From a virus (lineage: Duplodnaviria > Heunggongvirae > Uroviricota > Caudoviricetes), in IMG/VR virus record IMGVR_UViG_2565956616_000006, positions 1 to 43,312 of that record: a DNA stretch of 43,312 bases. One strand, 5' to 3'. This document shows positions 34,783-43,312 of this stretch, in pieces (the first letter of the stretch is position 1; every line of letters starts with the position of its first letter). The position numbers and the translations under genes are program-made. The notes beneath the pieces are model-generated. The model worked only from the letters and a program-made list of their open reading frames with translations, had not been told where the DNA came from and did not search any database.

Positions 34783-35169
34783 ATGGGAAAAAAGAAACGT
34801 AATAACTTAAAACGTATTGAAAAAAACAGTAACTTCAATTCAACAAGACAACGTCCACCGACACATACCAATAACGAAATTCCAGGGGAAGAGATAATCT
34901 TCATTTTAGAATCTAACAGCCCACCACTTACAAACGAAGAATTAGAAATTATTCAATCAATGGGTGATGGTGTGTATTTCAAACCCAGAACAAGAAAGAC
35001 AACGATTATAGAACCTGGCACATTAAAGAAATGGCAGCTGTTAAATTTTACCAGCTACAGGCACTATATCGGTTTTAATAGTTTCAACAATCAGGTAGGC
35101 GGCGTTACAGAAACAGATCTGATGCAGCACCTGATCGACACTCTCGCATCTAACAAACGTTCAAACTAA
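34783..35169 (+). CDS. Hypothetical protein, 128 aa
   Basis: AGAGGGA SD upstream. Same operon. Confidence 0.55.
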   Translation: MGKKKRNNLKRIEKNSNFNSTRQRPPTHTNNEIPGEEIIFILESNSPPLTNEELEIIQSMGDGVYFKPRTRKTTIIEPGTLKKWQLLNFTSYRHYIGFNSFNNQVGGVTETDLMQHLIDTLASNKRSN

Positions 35170-35186
35170 AAATAAAAGGAACAACA

Positions 35187-35390
35187 ATGATCGACCATAT
35201 ACAGGAAACACAATTATTTCAGATGATCCTGTCTGATGCAAAAAACTATGCTGAGTTAATTCGGCTGGCAAAAGAAACAGAAGACTACGAAGCATTAGAG
35301 CGTTATCGTGATGAAGTGCTGACGCTCAAGACACCTTTTAACATCGTATTGAATATGATTAATGATGCATTACAAGGAGAAGCCGCATAA
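35187..35390 (+). CDS. Hypothetical helical protein, 67 aa
   Basis: AAAGGA SD upstream. Same operon. Confidence 0.55.
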   Translation: MIDHIQETQLFQMILSDAKNYAELIRLAKETEDYEALERYRDEVLTLKTPFNIVLNMINDALQGEAA

Positions 35391-35698
35391 TGGAAGAAGA
35401 TATTAGCAATGCAATGGAACAACTTTTAGATCTGACTATCTCACTACAAACAAGAATAAATCAAGCCTATTCAGATTTATGCGATTACACGCTCTCTCAA
35501 TGCGTTATTAGCTTAATGAAGGTGAATGTAAGCCTTGACGATTTTATCTCTCTGGGGAGCGGTTTAGAGCTATCAGAGGACAATGCCAGGCTGTGCACTC
35601 AAATCATCACAGACACCGCAAGCACGTTAAAGGCTGCAAGTGAAGAGATTCAGCAATTAGTAAATGATTTAGCAAAAAGTGCTATTTCTTCTAAGTGA
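35390..35698 (+). CDS. Hypothetical helical protein, 102 aa
   Basis: TAATG coupling with the upstream gene. Confidence 0.55.
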   Translation: MEEDISNAMEQLLDLTISLQTRINQAYSDLCDYTLSQCVISLMKVNVSLDDFISLGSGLELSEDNARLCTQIITDTASTLKAASEEIQQLVNDLAKSAISSK

Positions 35699-36605
35699 TA
35701 ATGAAAATCATTTGCATTTATAACAATTTCATTATATAATGAAATTAGGGGTAGATAAAAAGGTTTTGACTGGTGTTAATCCTTCTACTGTCATAAATCC
35801 CTGCATATGGAAGGTGATAGCCTCAAAGGTTGAGTGGCATTAACCTCTAACAAATATTACCTTCCATCTCTCAAGAAGTTTTAGAATAATCATAACTCCC
35901 TCTTTGATTGTTGATTGTTTCTACGTTGTGTTGATGAATGTTGTTAGGCATTGTGCTTAATTTTGATAAAAGCGGGTAGGTGTTATCTCCTTGCCCTTCC
36001 CGCTATTATTTTTCATCTATGCTTATCCTAAAGCTCCTTATTTTGTCCGAAAACATTAAAGAGCCTTACACTGATAGTTATATTTTATAACTATTTACTA
36101 ACATCATTAAACTCTTATTTAATGACGGAAGTTAGTAACAGAATAATCTATTAAGTTGTTGTCAAAAAACTATCATCTGCATAGCGTTAGCCGCAAGTAG
36201 AGAGAGTTTAGTTAAGAATGGTGCAATAAACTTTGGAAATATTGATAGCAAAACTAGTTTTATAGAATGCGGATCTATAATCTTTGGTTGTAAAAACGAT
36301 TTTCTGAAACGGTAGATTACTGTTGGTGTAGTTAATCATTATTAAAAATTTAATCTGTGAGTAGATTGGAATAGTGATTCCTTAAAATCTGACTGGTGCA
36401 TCCACACCATGAAAGATAGCGGTTGGCCACCGCGCCCCGAATAGATATTCCTGATTGATTCCGCATGTTTTCCTAAGAGCATGTTTTCAGGAGTATCTAT
36501 TCACCCTTTAAGCATATCATCAAGTATATTTAAAAAGTGTATTTGCTGATATGTTTAATCCTCTTATAGTTTAACTTATCAATTATGTAATTGCCCGCAC
36601 GTTAA

Positions 36606-36655
36606 AGCCCCTTTGCTGGTCAGAATTAACCTCTTACGGCATTGGGGCTTTTTAT
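36606..36655 (+). terminator. Long-loop rho-independent terminator ending the 35.7-36.6 kb non-coding stretch
   Basis: AGCCCC-N32-GGGGCT followed by TTTTTATTT. Confidence 0.55.
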
Positions 36656-36683
36656 TTGTCTGGCACTAACAGGAACGTTATTT

Positions 36684-36881
36684 ATGAAACAAGAAATGAT
36701 TATCAGCAAAGACGGGGAAACGATGATTGTTAGTGATGAAAACCTCATTAAGGTTGCCGCACTGTTGGGAGTTACTCCCGAAAGTCTTCGTTCTACCACT
36801 GCTCAATTATTTAAATCGGCTGATGCGGTTAGTCTTGCTGATGCCCTTAAATCTAAAATTAAACAACTGAAAGGAAAATAA
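36684..36881 (+). CDS. Hypothetical small protein, 65 aa, first gene of the capsid-type cluster
   Basis: ATG at 36684. The ORF-track TTG start at 36642 lies inside the terminator stem. Confidence 0.45.
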   Translation: MKQEMIISKDGETMIVSDENLIKVAALLGVTPESLRSTTAQLFKSADAVSLADALKSKIKQLKGK

Positions 36882-36885
36882 TCTT

Positions 36886-37269
36886 ATGGCTAACCCATAT
36901 GGAAAATTAAAAGCAGTGAATGCGGATAACTCCCGTTCACGCTGTAAGGTAGTAGCTTACGCTGCTGATCCAGTGCTGCAAGATCGCCTCGTCAAACTGG
37001 CTTCACCTCTCACTGACGATCTTATTGTCGGGGCTTTGCTGAAAGCCGATGGCACCAAAGCAACAACCGCATCTGATATTGCTCACGTAGTAGTTGAACC
37101 GGCTTATGAAGGACAGGAAAGCGTAGTGGTTGCACATCCTACTTTCGTTATTCTGGCTGAAGATGGGATTGAATTTAACAGCATGGAAAAGGCAAGTGTT
37201 ATTGCAAAACTGCAATCTCTCGGCTTTGTAATTGCTGGTTATGAAGAACTTGCGATCCCTACGACTTAA
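36886..37269 (+). CDS. Small protein immediately upstream of the capsid candidate, 127 aa (possibly decoration/scaffold-like)
   Basis: Size and position mirror lambda D relative to E. AAGGA SD upstream. No confident sequence motif. Confidence 0.5.
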   Translation: MANPYGKLKAVNADNSRSRCKVVAYAADPVLQDRLVKLASPLTDDLIVGALLKADGTKATTASDIAHVVVEPAYEGQESVVVAHPTFVILAEDGIEFNSMEKASVIAKLQSLGFVIAGYEELAIPTT

Positions 37270-37283
37270 CAAGGAAAATAATA

Positions 37284-38315
37284 ATGAATGATTTATCAAC
37301 ATATTTTGGCGTTAATACTGCGGTAGTAACTCCATTTGCTTATGAGAATGCACTTAATACCCTGATTACTAATCTCGATCTGTTCGATGTGCAATATCAT
37401 ACAGAAAACAGCATTCTTCTTACCGACCTGATTGATCAGTTTGTGCAGGTAGCTGGGGAAACCTCGCCTTACGCTCAAAGCGACTGGAACGCCTCTAAAC
37501 GTCAGGAATGGTCAAACAAACTTTTCCAGATGAAACACGTCGGCAGTATTAACGCTGTTACTTCTCGTGACCTGGAACAATACAGCCGCCAATATCCAAA
37601 CCGTTCTGATGCTATGCTGGTAGCGGTTAATGATTTCTCTGAGGCTCATTACCGTTCACACGCAAACCGTGTTGAAGTGGATCTGATTACCGCGCTGCTG
37701 GGCCTGAAAGTTGAATCTGAATATGCCGGACAAGGTGATCTCGACTTCCTCGACGGTCAGGCTAAAACCACGGTACCCGCTATCGACTTTGCATCGACTA
37801 CTGTTAACCCGTTCCTTGCTATTCGTAAAGCGGTGCGCTTACAGAGTGAAAAGCTGGGGTCTGGTCTTGCTGCAAAGCGAACTGGTGTAATTATCTTTGC
37901 TGCTGGCACTGCTGCTGATGGTTTGTCATCTAACCCGCTGATCAGTGACATGGTGAAATATGCAGGCGATGCGAGTGCTACGGCCCTGTTTACCCGTATG
38001 GTTGATTCTAACCCAGCCTATGACTCTTTCCAGATTGGTGGGATCACTGTTATTGATGTGTCAATGTTTCCTGAGATTGTTGCTCACATCGGAGAGAACG
38101 GTTTCGCAATTGTTCCGGTAATGGATAAAGCGGCACAGTGTTACCAGCTTCATAGCGGCGTTGGTGTGCGTCATGCTGAGTTAGGTCAAGATGCCGTGTT
38201 GCATCACCAATATCTAATCAAGGATGAATTCCAATTCCCATCTGTGGTTACTGAGACATCTTATCTGCCAGTAAACAACATTCCGCAAGCTATCATCTTC
38301 GGATCTGCTGCGTAA
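37284..38315 (+). CDS. Major capsid protein candidate, lambda gpE-like (Phage_cap_E-type), 343 aa
   Basis: Length (lambda E is 341 aa). The overall pattern resembles E-family proteins: a central ...E.DLITALLG.... block, then IDF....NP...I...V.......G.......II..A.TAA..L..NP. Strong SD and its own terminator. Needs HHpred. Confidence 0.55.
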   Translation: MNDLSTYFGVNTAVVTPFAYENALNTLITNLDLFDVQYHTENSILLTDLIDQFVQVAGETSPYAQSDWNASKRQEWSNKLFQMKHVGSINAVTSRDLEQYSRQYPNRSDAMLVAVNDFSEAHYRSHANRVEVDLITALLGLKVESEYAGQGDLDFLDGQAKTTVPAIDFASTTVNPFLAIRKAVRLQSEKLGSGLAAKRTGVIIFAAGTAADGLSSNPLISDMVKYAGDASATALFTRMVDSNPAYDSFQIGGITVIDVSMFPEIVAHIGENGFAIVPVMDKAAQCYQLHSGVGVRHAELGQDAVLHHQYLIKDEFQFPSVVTETSYLPVNNIPQAIIFGSAA

Positions 38316-38350
38316 TAAAGCGTTAATAGACGATTCCCCATCGGGGCAAT

Positions 38351-38419
38351 AAGGGTAAAGGGATTAACTAACCTGTAGGCGCAAATACAGTAACGAATCT
38401 CTTTGCCCTTTTTGTTTTT
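38351..38419 (+). terminator. Long-loop terminator after the capsid candidate
   Basis: AAGGGTAAAG (38351-38360) pairs with CTTTGCCCTT (38401-38410, one G-U pair). Followed by TTTGTTTTT. Confidence 0.5.
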
Positions 38420-38466
38420 CTACTGTCTACAAACCCAAATAAAAATATATATGTGAGAGAAAACCA

Positions 38467-38679
38467 ATGAATACAGAAAACCCACAATCCTTTATTCTTA
38501 AGGCTGTAAAAGAACTGGCAGCTATTAGCGAGGAATCAGTTATAAACACATCGGCGCTTTGCCGCCTTTTAGAAATTGATGCAAATAATGTGCGCCAGCG
38601 TGTCTTTCAGACTGGGTGCAGCACTTTCGAAGCAATTCAATACTATTGCTCTAAAAACAATAATAAACAACAATCATAA
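38467..38679 (+). CDS. Hypothetical small protein, 70 aa (HTH-like)
   Basis: SD GAGAG upstream. NTSALCRLLEIDANNVRQRV looks like an HTH. Confidence 0.5.
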   Translation: MNTENPQSFILKAVKELAAISEESVINTSALCRLLEIDANNVRQRVFQTGCSTFEAIQYYCSKNNNKQQS

Positions 38680-38697
38680 TACAGGGAAACAATTAGC

Positions 38698-40539
38698 ATG
38701 TTAGACCTTACCGTCAGCCGCTTATCAAACGTTGTCACCTTCCAGGTTGATCGACCATCATTAGAGAAAGCAAAAGCAGAAGTAGAAAAACTTCGTAAAC
38801 AAATGGCGGCTGTGAAAGATATAGAATTGCGTGTTAAGACACATAAACAATCAACCGCTAAAGCAAAAAAAGACGTAGACGATATTGCTAAAAAGCAAGC
38901 ACAGGCTGATAAAGCTAATGCTAAAGCACAATTAGCCGCTCAACGTGTAGTTGCAAGAGAACAAAAAGCCCTGGCAGCACGCAAAGAGAAGGCAGAATTA
39001 AAGCTTTTAGACGTTGGATCAAGCATTAGTGCAATGCACCGTCTTTCTGTAGCGGAACAATATAAAGCTATTGCACAGGCTAGAGAAATTGCCCTCCAAT
39101 ATGAAAGAGGCGCTATTAGTCTGGCACGTATGAATAGCCAAATGAAACGCCTACAACAGCAACAACGTAAGATTAATGGCAATCGTAACGCTCACGCTAA
39201 AGCCTATGCACCTGTTAAGGGTAGCGGGAGTATTGGCGGCGGTGCTGCGGCTGTTATGCTGGGTGGCTTAGGCGCTGGCGCTGCATATATGGCTATGAGC
39301 AAAGCCTCTGAATTTGTTACTAACAGCTTTGCCAGTGCTGAAACGCTGGGAGAATTGTATAGCCGTGCGAAGCTGGGCGGTGTAGACGTTAACCAGATGA
39401 ACAATATTGAGCAATGGGCCTACAAAAACGGCGTTGATTCAATGATGGGGGATCAAGGTAAACGTAAGTATCTCGATCAGATGAAAGATGTACGGGAGAA
39501 GGCTACTAAATCTTATGATGAGGCTGAATATGTAGTTGATAAGAAAACTGGTAAAGGAGAATGGAAGGGCGGCGATAGCGGCATCAATACTTTAATGAAT
39601 GAAGGATTCTTAACTAAAAAGGATCTAAAAGACTTTGCTGATAATCCGGCTGGTCTGGTTAGTAAAGCAGTTCAGGGAATGGTGAAGAAAGGCTATTCAG
39701 ATGCACAAATCGGTAGTCGTCTGGAAGATCTGGCTGATGATTTGATGCTCACCTCTAAATACTGGACACGCTCCGCTAAAGAAGTGGAACAATCAGCACG
39801 AGAACAACGAGAATCAGGGCGCTGGGTAACACAGGCACAACAGGAAAGCGTTATTAAATTCCGTGAACTGAATAATGCACTTAGTGGGCTTTCTGACTCA
39901 CAAGGGATCGCCTTTGTTGATGGCTTTATGAAATCTCTTGATCCGAAAGTGATTGAAGAGTTTAAAAAGAGCATGGTTGCAATGCTGCCAATGTTTACCA
40001 AATTAGGCGAGGCTATCGGCGGATTGGTTAACGCTGTAATGAAAGCAATCAACTGGCTGATGAAAAACGACGAGAAGACGGCAGCTATTCAGAAGAATTT
40101 AGGTGATGCACCGCCACTATCTAACGAAGGAATGAAGCAGAATCTTTCTAATCTCACTCCTGATCAATATAAAGGCGCTGGCACCGGAACAATTAAGCCA
40201 GATAACAGCAATTCCCTGGTTAACACTATTAAAAGCTGGTTTATGCCAGAAGAAACGGTAGGTGGGGCGCAGGCTGTAAATCAATACAGTCTCGAAGGAC
40301 AAAACATTGCAAATCTGAAACAGAGTGCAGCACAACAAGCTTTCAAGGCTCCTTCTTACACCTTTGCGCCTGTTATCCACTTCAATCCAGAATTACAAGT
40401 AAATGCAGAAGTGCCGCTAACTATCGAATCAGACACCGGACGATTGAGCGAATTTATCGACTTCAAATCAAAGGCATCCTCCGCTGAGTTTAGCAAGCTA
40501 TTAACGCTGGGTGTTATGTCAGGCGGGTCAACCTATTAA
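38698..40539 (+). CDS. Tape-measure-like protein, 613 aa
   Basis: Lys/Ala/Gln-rich coiled-coil N-terminus. Gly/Ala hydrophobic segment GGGAAAVMLGGLGAGAAYMAM. Long helical remainder. Followed by a Dit-like gene, as in siphovirus tail modules. Confidence 0.55.
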   Translation: MLDLTVSRLSNVVTFQVDRPSLEKAKAEVEKLRKQMAAVKDIELRVKTHKQSTAKAKKDVDDIAKKQAQADKANAKAQLAAQRVVAREQKALAARKEKAELKLLDVGSSISAMHRLSVAEQYKAIAQAREIALQYERGAISLARMNSQMKRLQQQQRKINGNRNAHAKAYAPVKGSGSIGGGAAAVMLGGLGAGAAYMAMSKASEFVTNSFASAETLGELYSRAKLGGVDVNQMNNIEQWAYKNGVDSMMGDQGKRKYLDQMKDVREKATKSYDEAEYVVDKKTGKGEWKGGDSGINTLMNEGFLTKKDLKDFADNPAGLVSKAVQGMVKKGYSDAQIGSRLEDLADDLMLTSKYWTRSAKEVEQSAREQRESGRWVTQAQQESVIKFRELNNALSGLSDSQGIAFVDGFMKSLDPKVIEEFKKSMVAMLPMFTKLGEAIGGLVNAVMKAINWLMKNDEKTAAIQKNLGDAPPLSNEGMKQNLSNLTPDQYKGAGTGTIKPDNSNSLVNTIKSWFMPEETVGGAQAVNQYSLEGQNIANLKQSAAQQAFKAPSYTFAPVIHFNPELQVNAEVPLTIESDTGRLSEFIDFKSKASSAEFSKLLTLGVMSGGSTY

Positions 40540-40586
40540 TCATCACTGTGGGGCTGTTTAGCCCCCTTAAATAAGGATTACAAATT

Positions 40587-41255
40587 ATGGCAATGGGTCC
40601 GTTAACCATTGGTCGCCCGACTGAGGCGAAAATCAACAGCACAAGCAACGATAGAACAACCAAAGGGGGTAACGGCTTTGCGATCATTACCTCTAACCTC
40701 GGCAGTGGTGCAAATGCTGCTTACAATGACTACCAGGCATTATCATTTGATAGCGTGGAATCGACGAAAGTTAGCCGAAATGCAGACGTTACAAGCTATG
40801 CCGTCGAATCAGGATCAGAAGTTAGTGATCATGTTCAAATACGGAATAACAAGTTCACATTACAGGGGCGTATCTCTGAAACCGTATTGAAGCTCAATCC
40901 CGATATGATTAAGAATGCGGGAATTAACGGCAATCGACGTATGCTTATGCTTGAATACCTAAATCAGTTGATGGACAGTCGCCAACCTTTCCTACTTGTC
41001 ACTGAGTTAAAAAATTATGACAACGTTGTGTTAGTTGGCATGTCTTATGAAGAAGAAGCAAGCGAAAGTCTATTGTTTACTCTTGATTTTGAGCAAATCC
41101 GTCTTGTCTCTAAAGCAACTACAAGCGCAATTGCGGTAAAAACAGCACCAAATAAATCTGTAGGGGGACAGGTTAAAATGCAGGTAAATACAACAGAACA
41201 GAAAAATCAAAAAAGCCCAGGGCAAGACGTTGTAACGCCAGTATTTAAACAATAG
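40587..41255 (+). CDS. Dit-like (distal tail/baseplate-type) protein candidate, 222 aa
   Basis: Motif ADVTSYAVESGSEVSDHVQIRNNKFTLQGRISE resembles the pattern (t.hpvE.G..isDh....p..l.l.g.is) remembered for Dit-like N-domains. Position after the TMP-like gene. Confidence 0.45.
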   Translation: MAMGPLTIGRPTEAKINSTSNDRTTKGGNGFAIITSNLGSGANAAYNDYQALSFDSVESTKVSRNADVTSYAVESGSEVSDHVQIRNNKFTLQGRISETVLKLNPDMIKNAGINGNRRMLMLEYLNQLMDSRQPFLLVTELKNYDNVVLVGMSYEEEASESLLFTLDFEQIRLVSKATTSAIAVKTAPNKSVGGQVKMQVNTTEQKNQKSPGQDVVTPVFKQ

Positions 41256-41296
41256 CCTTAAACGCCTATGAAACGCTCTGTAACGATGTAATTATA

Positions 41297-41330
41297 AAAG
41301 AGGCCACCAATCTATGTTGAAGCCTCTTTA
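41297..41330. terminator. Bidirectional terminator between the convergent Dit-like and integrase genes
   Basis: AAAGAGGC-N17-GCCTCTTT flanked by A/T runs. Confidence 0.5.
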
Positions 41331-41336
41331 TTGCGC

Positions 41337-42701
41337 CTATGGCGTTGTTTTGCGCCTTAAATTTGATTTTTTATTGATTGATAAGCCTTTCTCTATTTCA
41401 GGGTAGCGTAGAAGCTCAATATAGTTTTTAAGCTCTACTGGAGAAGCTGCATTCTTGCTATATGTGCGGAATGTCTCTGTATTGCCGCGTGTATGGCCCA
41501 GGAGAAGGGCGATCCTGTCTTCTGGAATTTGATTTCGATCAAGAAGCTGTGCTACTCCGTGTCTCAGAGAATGAAACACTTTCCTTTCTGTTCCCTTTTC
41601 CCCTAAAGCCTTTCGTTTAGCTCTTGTAAATCGTTGTGTATGCCACGTAGAGCGTTTACCGTCAGCACGCTCTGTAATGCTGGCGTGATAGAACAAAAAG
41701 CCATTGTGAGGCTTTTCACGAAGAGATAACACCAATGGAGTGATAAGGCTATGCACAGGCACAAGACGTGCCGCAGCTTTCGTCTTTCCCTGTGTGATTT
41801 CAAAACACAGCACACCTTCGATCTCTTTCACATCGTCTATTGTGAGACTTGCTATCTCATTGATCCGCATACCTGTATATAAACCGATAAGACACAAAGC
41901 CATCATTTCTTTGTTTTCTGCTGAATTACCGGAAAATACTTGCAACACCTGCAATAACTCTTTGTTAGAAAATGCCTCGTAGCTCTCTCTACTTTGTGCC
42001 ACATCAAGCCTATGCCCTCGCCAGGGGGAGAGCGCCCTTTCTGGCGCATCGTGGTAACGTGATGAAGCTAACTCCCATAGCTGGGCCATTGGGCTGATAT
42101 AATTTGCAATTGATTGTTGTGAAAGGGTTTTTTGCATGTGTTCAATCCAGCCTGTAACAGTGGTGCGGCTTACATCTTGCAATGCAATATCAGGCTTTTT
42201 ACGGTAGGAGAGAAACATCTCTACCGCTTTTCTTGCCTTAGCTAAAGTGGCTGGCTTCTTCTTCGTGCTGTTAATTGTCAGGTAGATTTCAAGAATTTTA
42301 AGCAATGACGGACACGAAGACGCTGTATCTTGCATTCTGGTAGCTGTTTTGGCGTATTTAGCCTTACTGCGTAACAGTTCCAGCGTGTTTTCTATTGTGC
42401 TGTTTACAGGGGCAACACTCTCCCGTAAGCAATGGTATTCATCTGCAATCTGATCACGCTTTCTACGTGCAACACGAAGATTACTTGTGTGCAGACTTCT
42501 GACAAACGTCCTTTTTCCTTCAAAAAAGGGCTGCATATACACAGGCAGCGTGATCCTTAAATAGTAGTTACCGTAAGAATCACAGATTAAGTATTGGTTA
42601 GGCTTGTATCTCATAAAATCTCCGGCTAAAGTGTCGGAGCGTTTGTAATGTGAAAATTGATTGTGACGCATAGAAAATGATGATTTTTCTATAAGATTCA
42701 A
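41337..42701 (-). CDS. Tyrosine recombinase/integrase of element 3, up to 454 aa (the true start may be the internal MRYKPNQY...)
   Basis: R (GMRINEIASL), HSLRH, LLGH and the Y of a C-terminal tyrosine-recombinase domain. Abuts att core 3. This is the same relative layout as intF-ptwF at the distal end of E. coli K-12 CP4-6 (from memory). Confidence 0.85.
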   Translation of the reverse strand: MNLIEKSSFSMRHNQFSHYKRSDTLAGDFMRYKPNQYLICDSYGNYYLRITLPVYMQPFFEGKRTFVRSLHTSNLRVARRKRDQIADEYHCLRESVAPVNSTIENTLELLRSKAKYAKTATRMQDTASSCPSLLKILEIYLTINSTKKKPATLAKARKAVEMFLSYRKKPDIALQDVSRTTVTGWIEHMQKTLSQQSIANYISPMAQLWELASSRYHDAPERALSPWRGHRLDVAQSRESYEAFSNKELLQVLQVFSGNSAENKEMMALCLIGLYTGMRINEIASLTIDDVKEIEGVLCFEITQGKTKAAARLVPVHSLITPLVLSLREKPHNGFLFYHASITERADGKRSTWHTQRFTRAKRKALGEKGTERKVFHSLRHGVAQLLDRNQIPEDRIALLLGHTRGNTETFRTYSKNAASPVELKNYIELLRYPEIEKGLSINKKSNLRRKTTP

Positions 42702-42758
42702 TCAATTAGTAATGGTCGTAGGTGATGGCATTAACACGAGATTAATCGAGTGTTTTAC

Positions 42759-42776
42759 TCCTATTATCGGCACCAT
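42759..42776 (+). repeat. att core copy 3 (distal junction with the chromosome; tRNA 3'-end pseudo-fragment)
   Basis: ACTCCTATTATCGGCACCATT (42757-42777) matches 21 nt around copy 1. Confidence 0.9.
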
Positions 42777-42901
42777 TAAAATCAAAGAGTTACCCCATAT
42801 TTAAATACACCACGTTTCCTCCTGTGCCGCATTTGTGCCATTGTAACCCTGGCAATTCATCAAAATACTGTTCTGACATCAGGCAGTGCAGGTGCAGCTA
42901 T

Positions 42902-43312
42902 TTAAACCAATTGCTGCCGCCATTCTTTGACGTAGTCAATCAGGGCGCGGAGCTTTGGTGCAATATTGCGACGCTGTGGGAAATACAGATAGAAGCCCGG
43001 AAATTGTGGAAGAAAGTCATCAAGCAGCGATACAAGCTTACCGCTTTCAATATATGGCCTGAAAGTTTCCTGAGTGGCAATTGTTATTCCTCCGCCGGCA
43101 AGAGCCAGCCTCAACATCAGACGCAGATCATTAGTCGTAATCTGCGGTTCAATCGCAAGGTCGAAAGTTCTCCCGTTTTCTTCAAATGGCCAGCGATAAG
43201 GCGCAACCTCCGGGGACTGACGCCAGCCGATACACTTATGGGTATTTCCCCCGGAGGCGAGAAAGCGCTCTCCACGCCCGGCCGCAAGGATCAGGACGAC
43301 GGGGGCAGGCAT
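42902..43312 (-). pseudogene. LysR-family regulator fragment (C-terminal effector-binding domain only) with an unrelated 25-aa N-terminus, 136 aa ORF
   Basis: The C-terminal part (NDL.LML.LALAGGGI......F.PYIESG.LV.LL.D......GFYLY.P.R......K.RA.ID) is a LysR substrate-binding domain with no HTH. The N-terminus VVLILAAGRGERF looks like a nucleotidyltransferase start. Context and length recall K-12 yagP; not verified. Confidence 0.6.

Overview
Enterobacterial chromosome segment in which three integrative elements are stacked in tandem on one tRNA-Thr(CGU) (thrW-type) attachment site. The same 18-bp core, TCCTATTATCGGCACCAT, occurs three times in the same orientation, at 11834, 30355 and 42759. 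(1) 1-11850 is the right arm of a P22-like podovirus prophage. It carries head-completion genes 4/10/26, the ejection-protein cassette 14-7-20-16, two envelope morons, a textbook immI region (mnt, Pant/Oarc/Omnt, arc, probable sar, ant) and a tailspike. It ends in a 46-nt 3' fragment of the tRNA. (2) 11851-30372 is an ~18.5-kb P4-family-like satellite backbone: P4-type integrase, AlpA, an AntA-type protein, a C4/CI-like antisense RNA with an icd-like gene, small early genes and an alpha-type primase-helicase. It also has two iteron origins in inverted orientation. It shows no sid/psu/delta, capsid, portal or terminase. Between the two origins it carries a second, intact and diverged copy of the whole P22-type 14-7-20-16 cassette behind a small RHH gene. 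That copy is followed by an AT-rich polytopic membrane protein, an Abi_2 (AbiD/F-type) gene, an Arc-like regulator and a PerC-like gene. This satellite-borne cassette beside a P22-like prophage is the strongest candidate for something undescribed. (3) 30373-42776 is an ~12.4-kb visibly AT-rich element with its integrase at the far end. It has two long non-coding stretches full of phased palindromes and iterons, and an operon of small RHH/wHTH proteins. Its structural set is incomplete: a lambda-E-like capsid candidate with a small upstream protein, a tape-measure-like protein and a Dit-like protein. The window ends in a chromosomal LysR-type fragment. All homology calls come from reading the translations by eye and from remembered P22 sequences; no searches were run.
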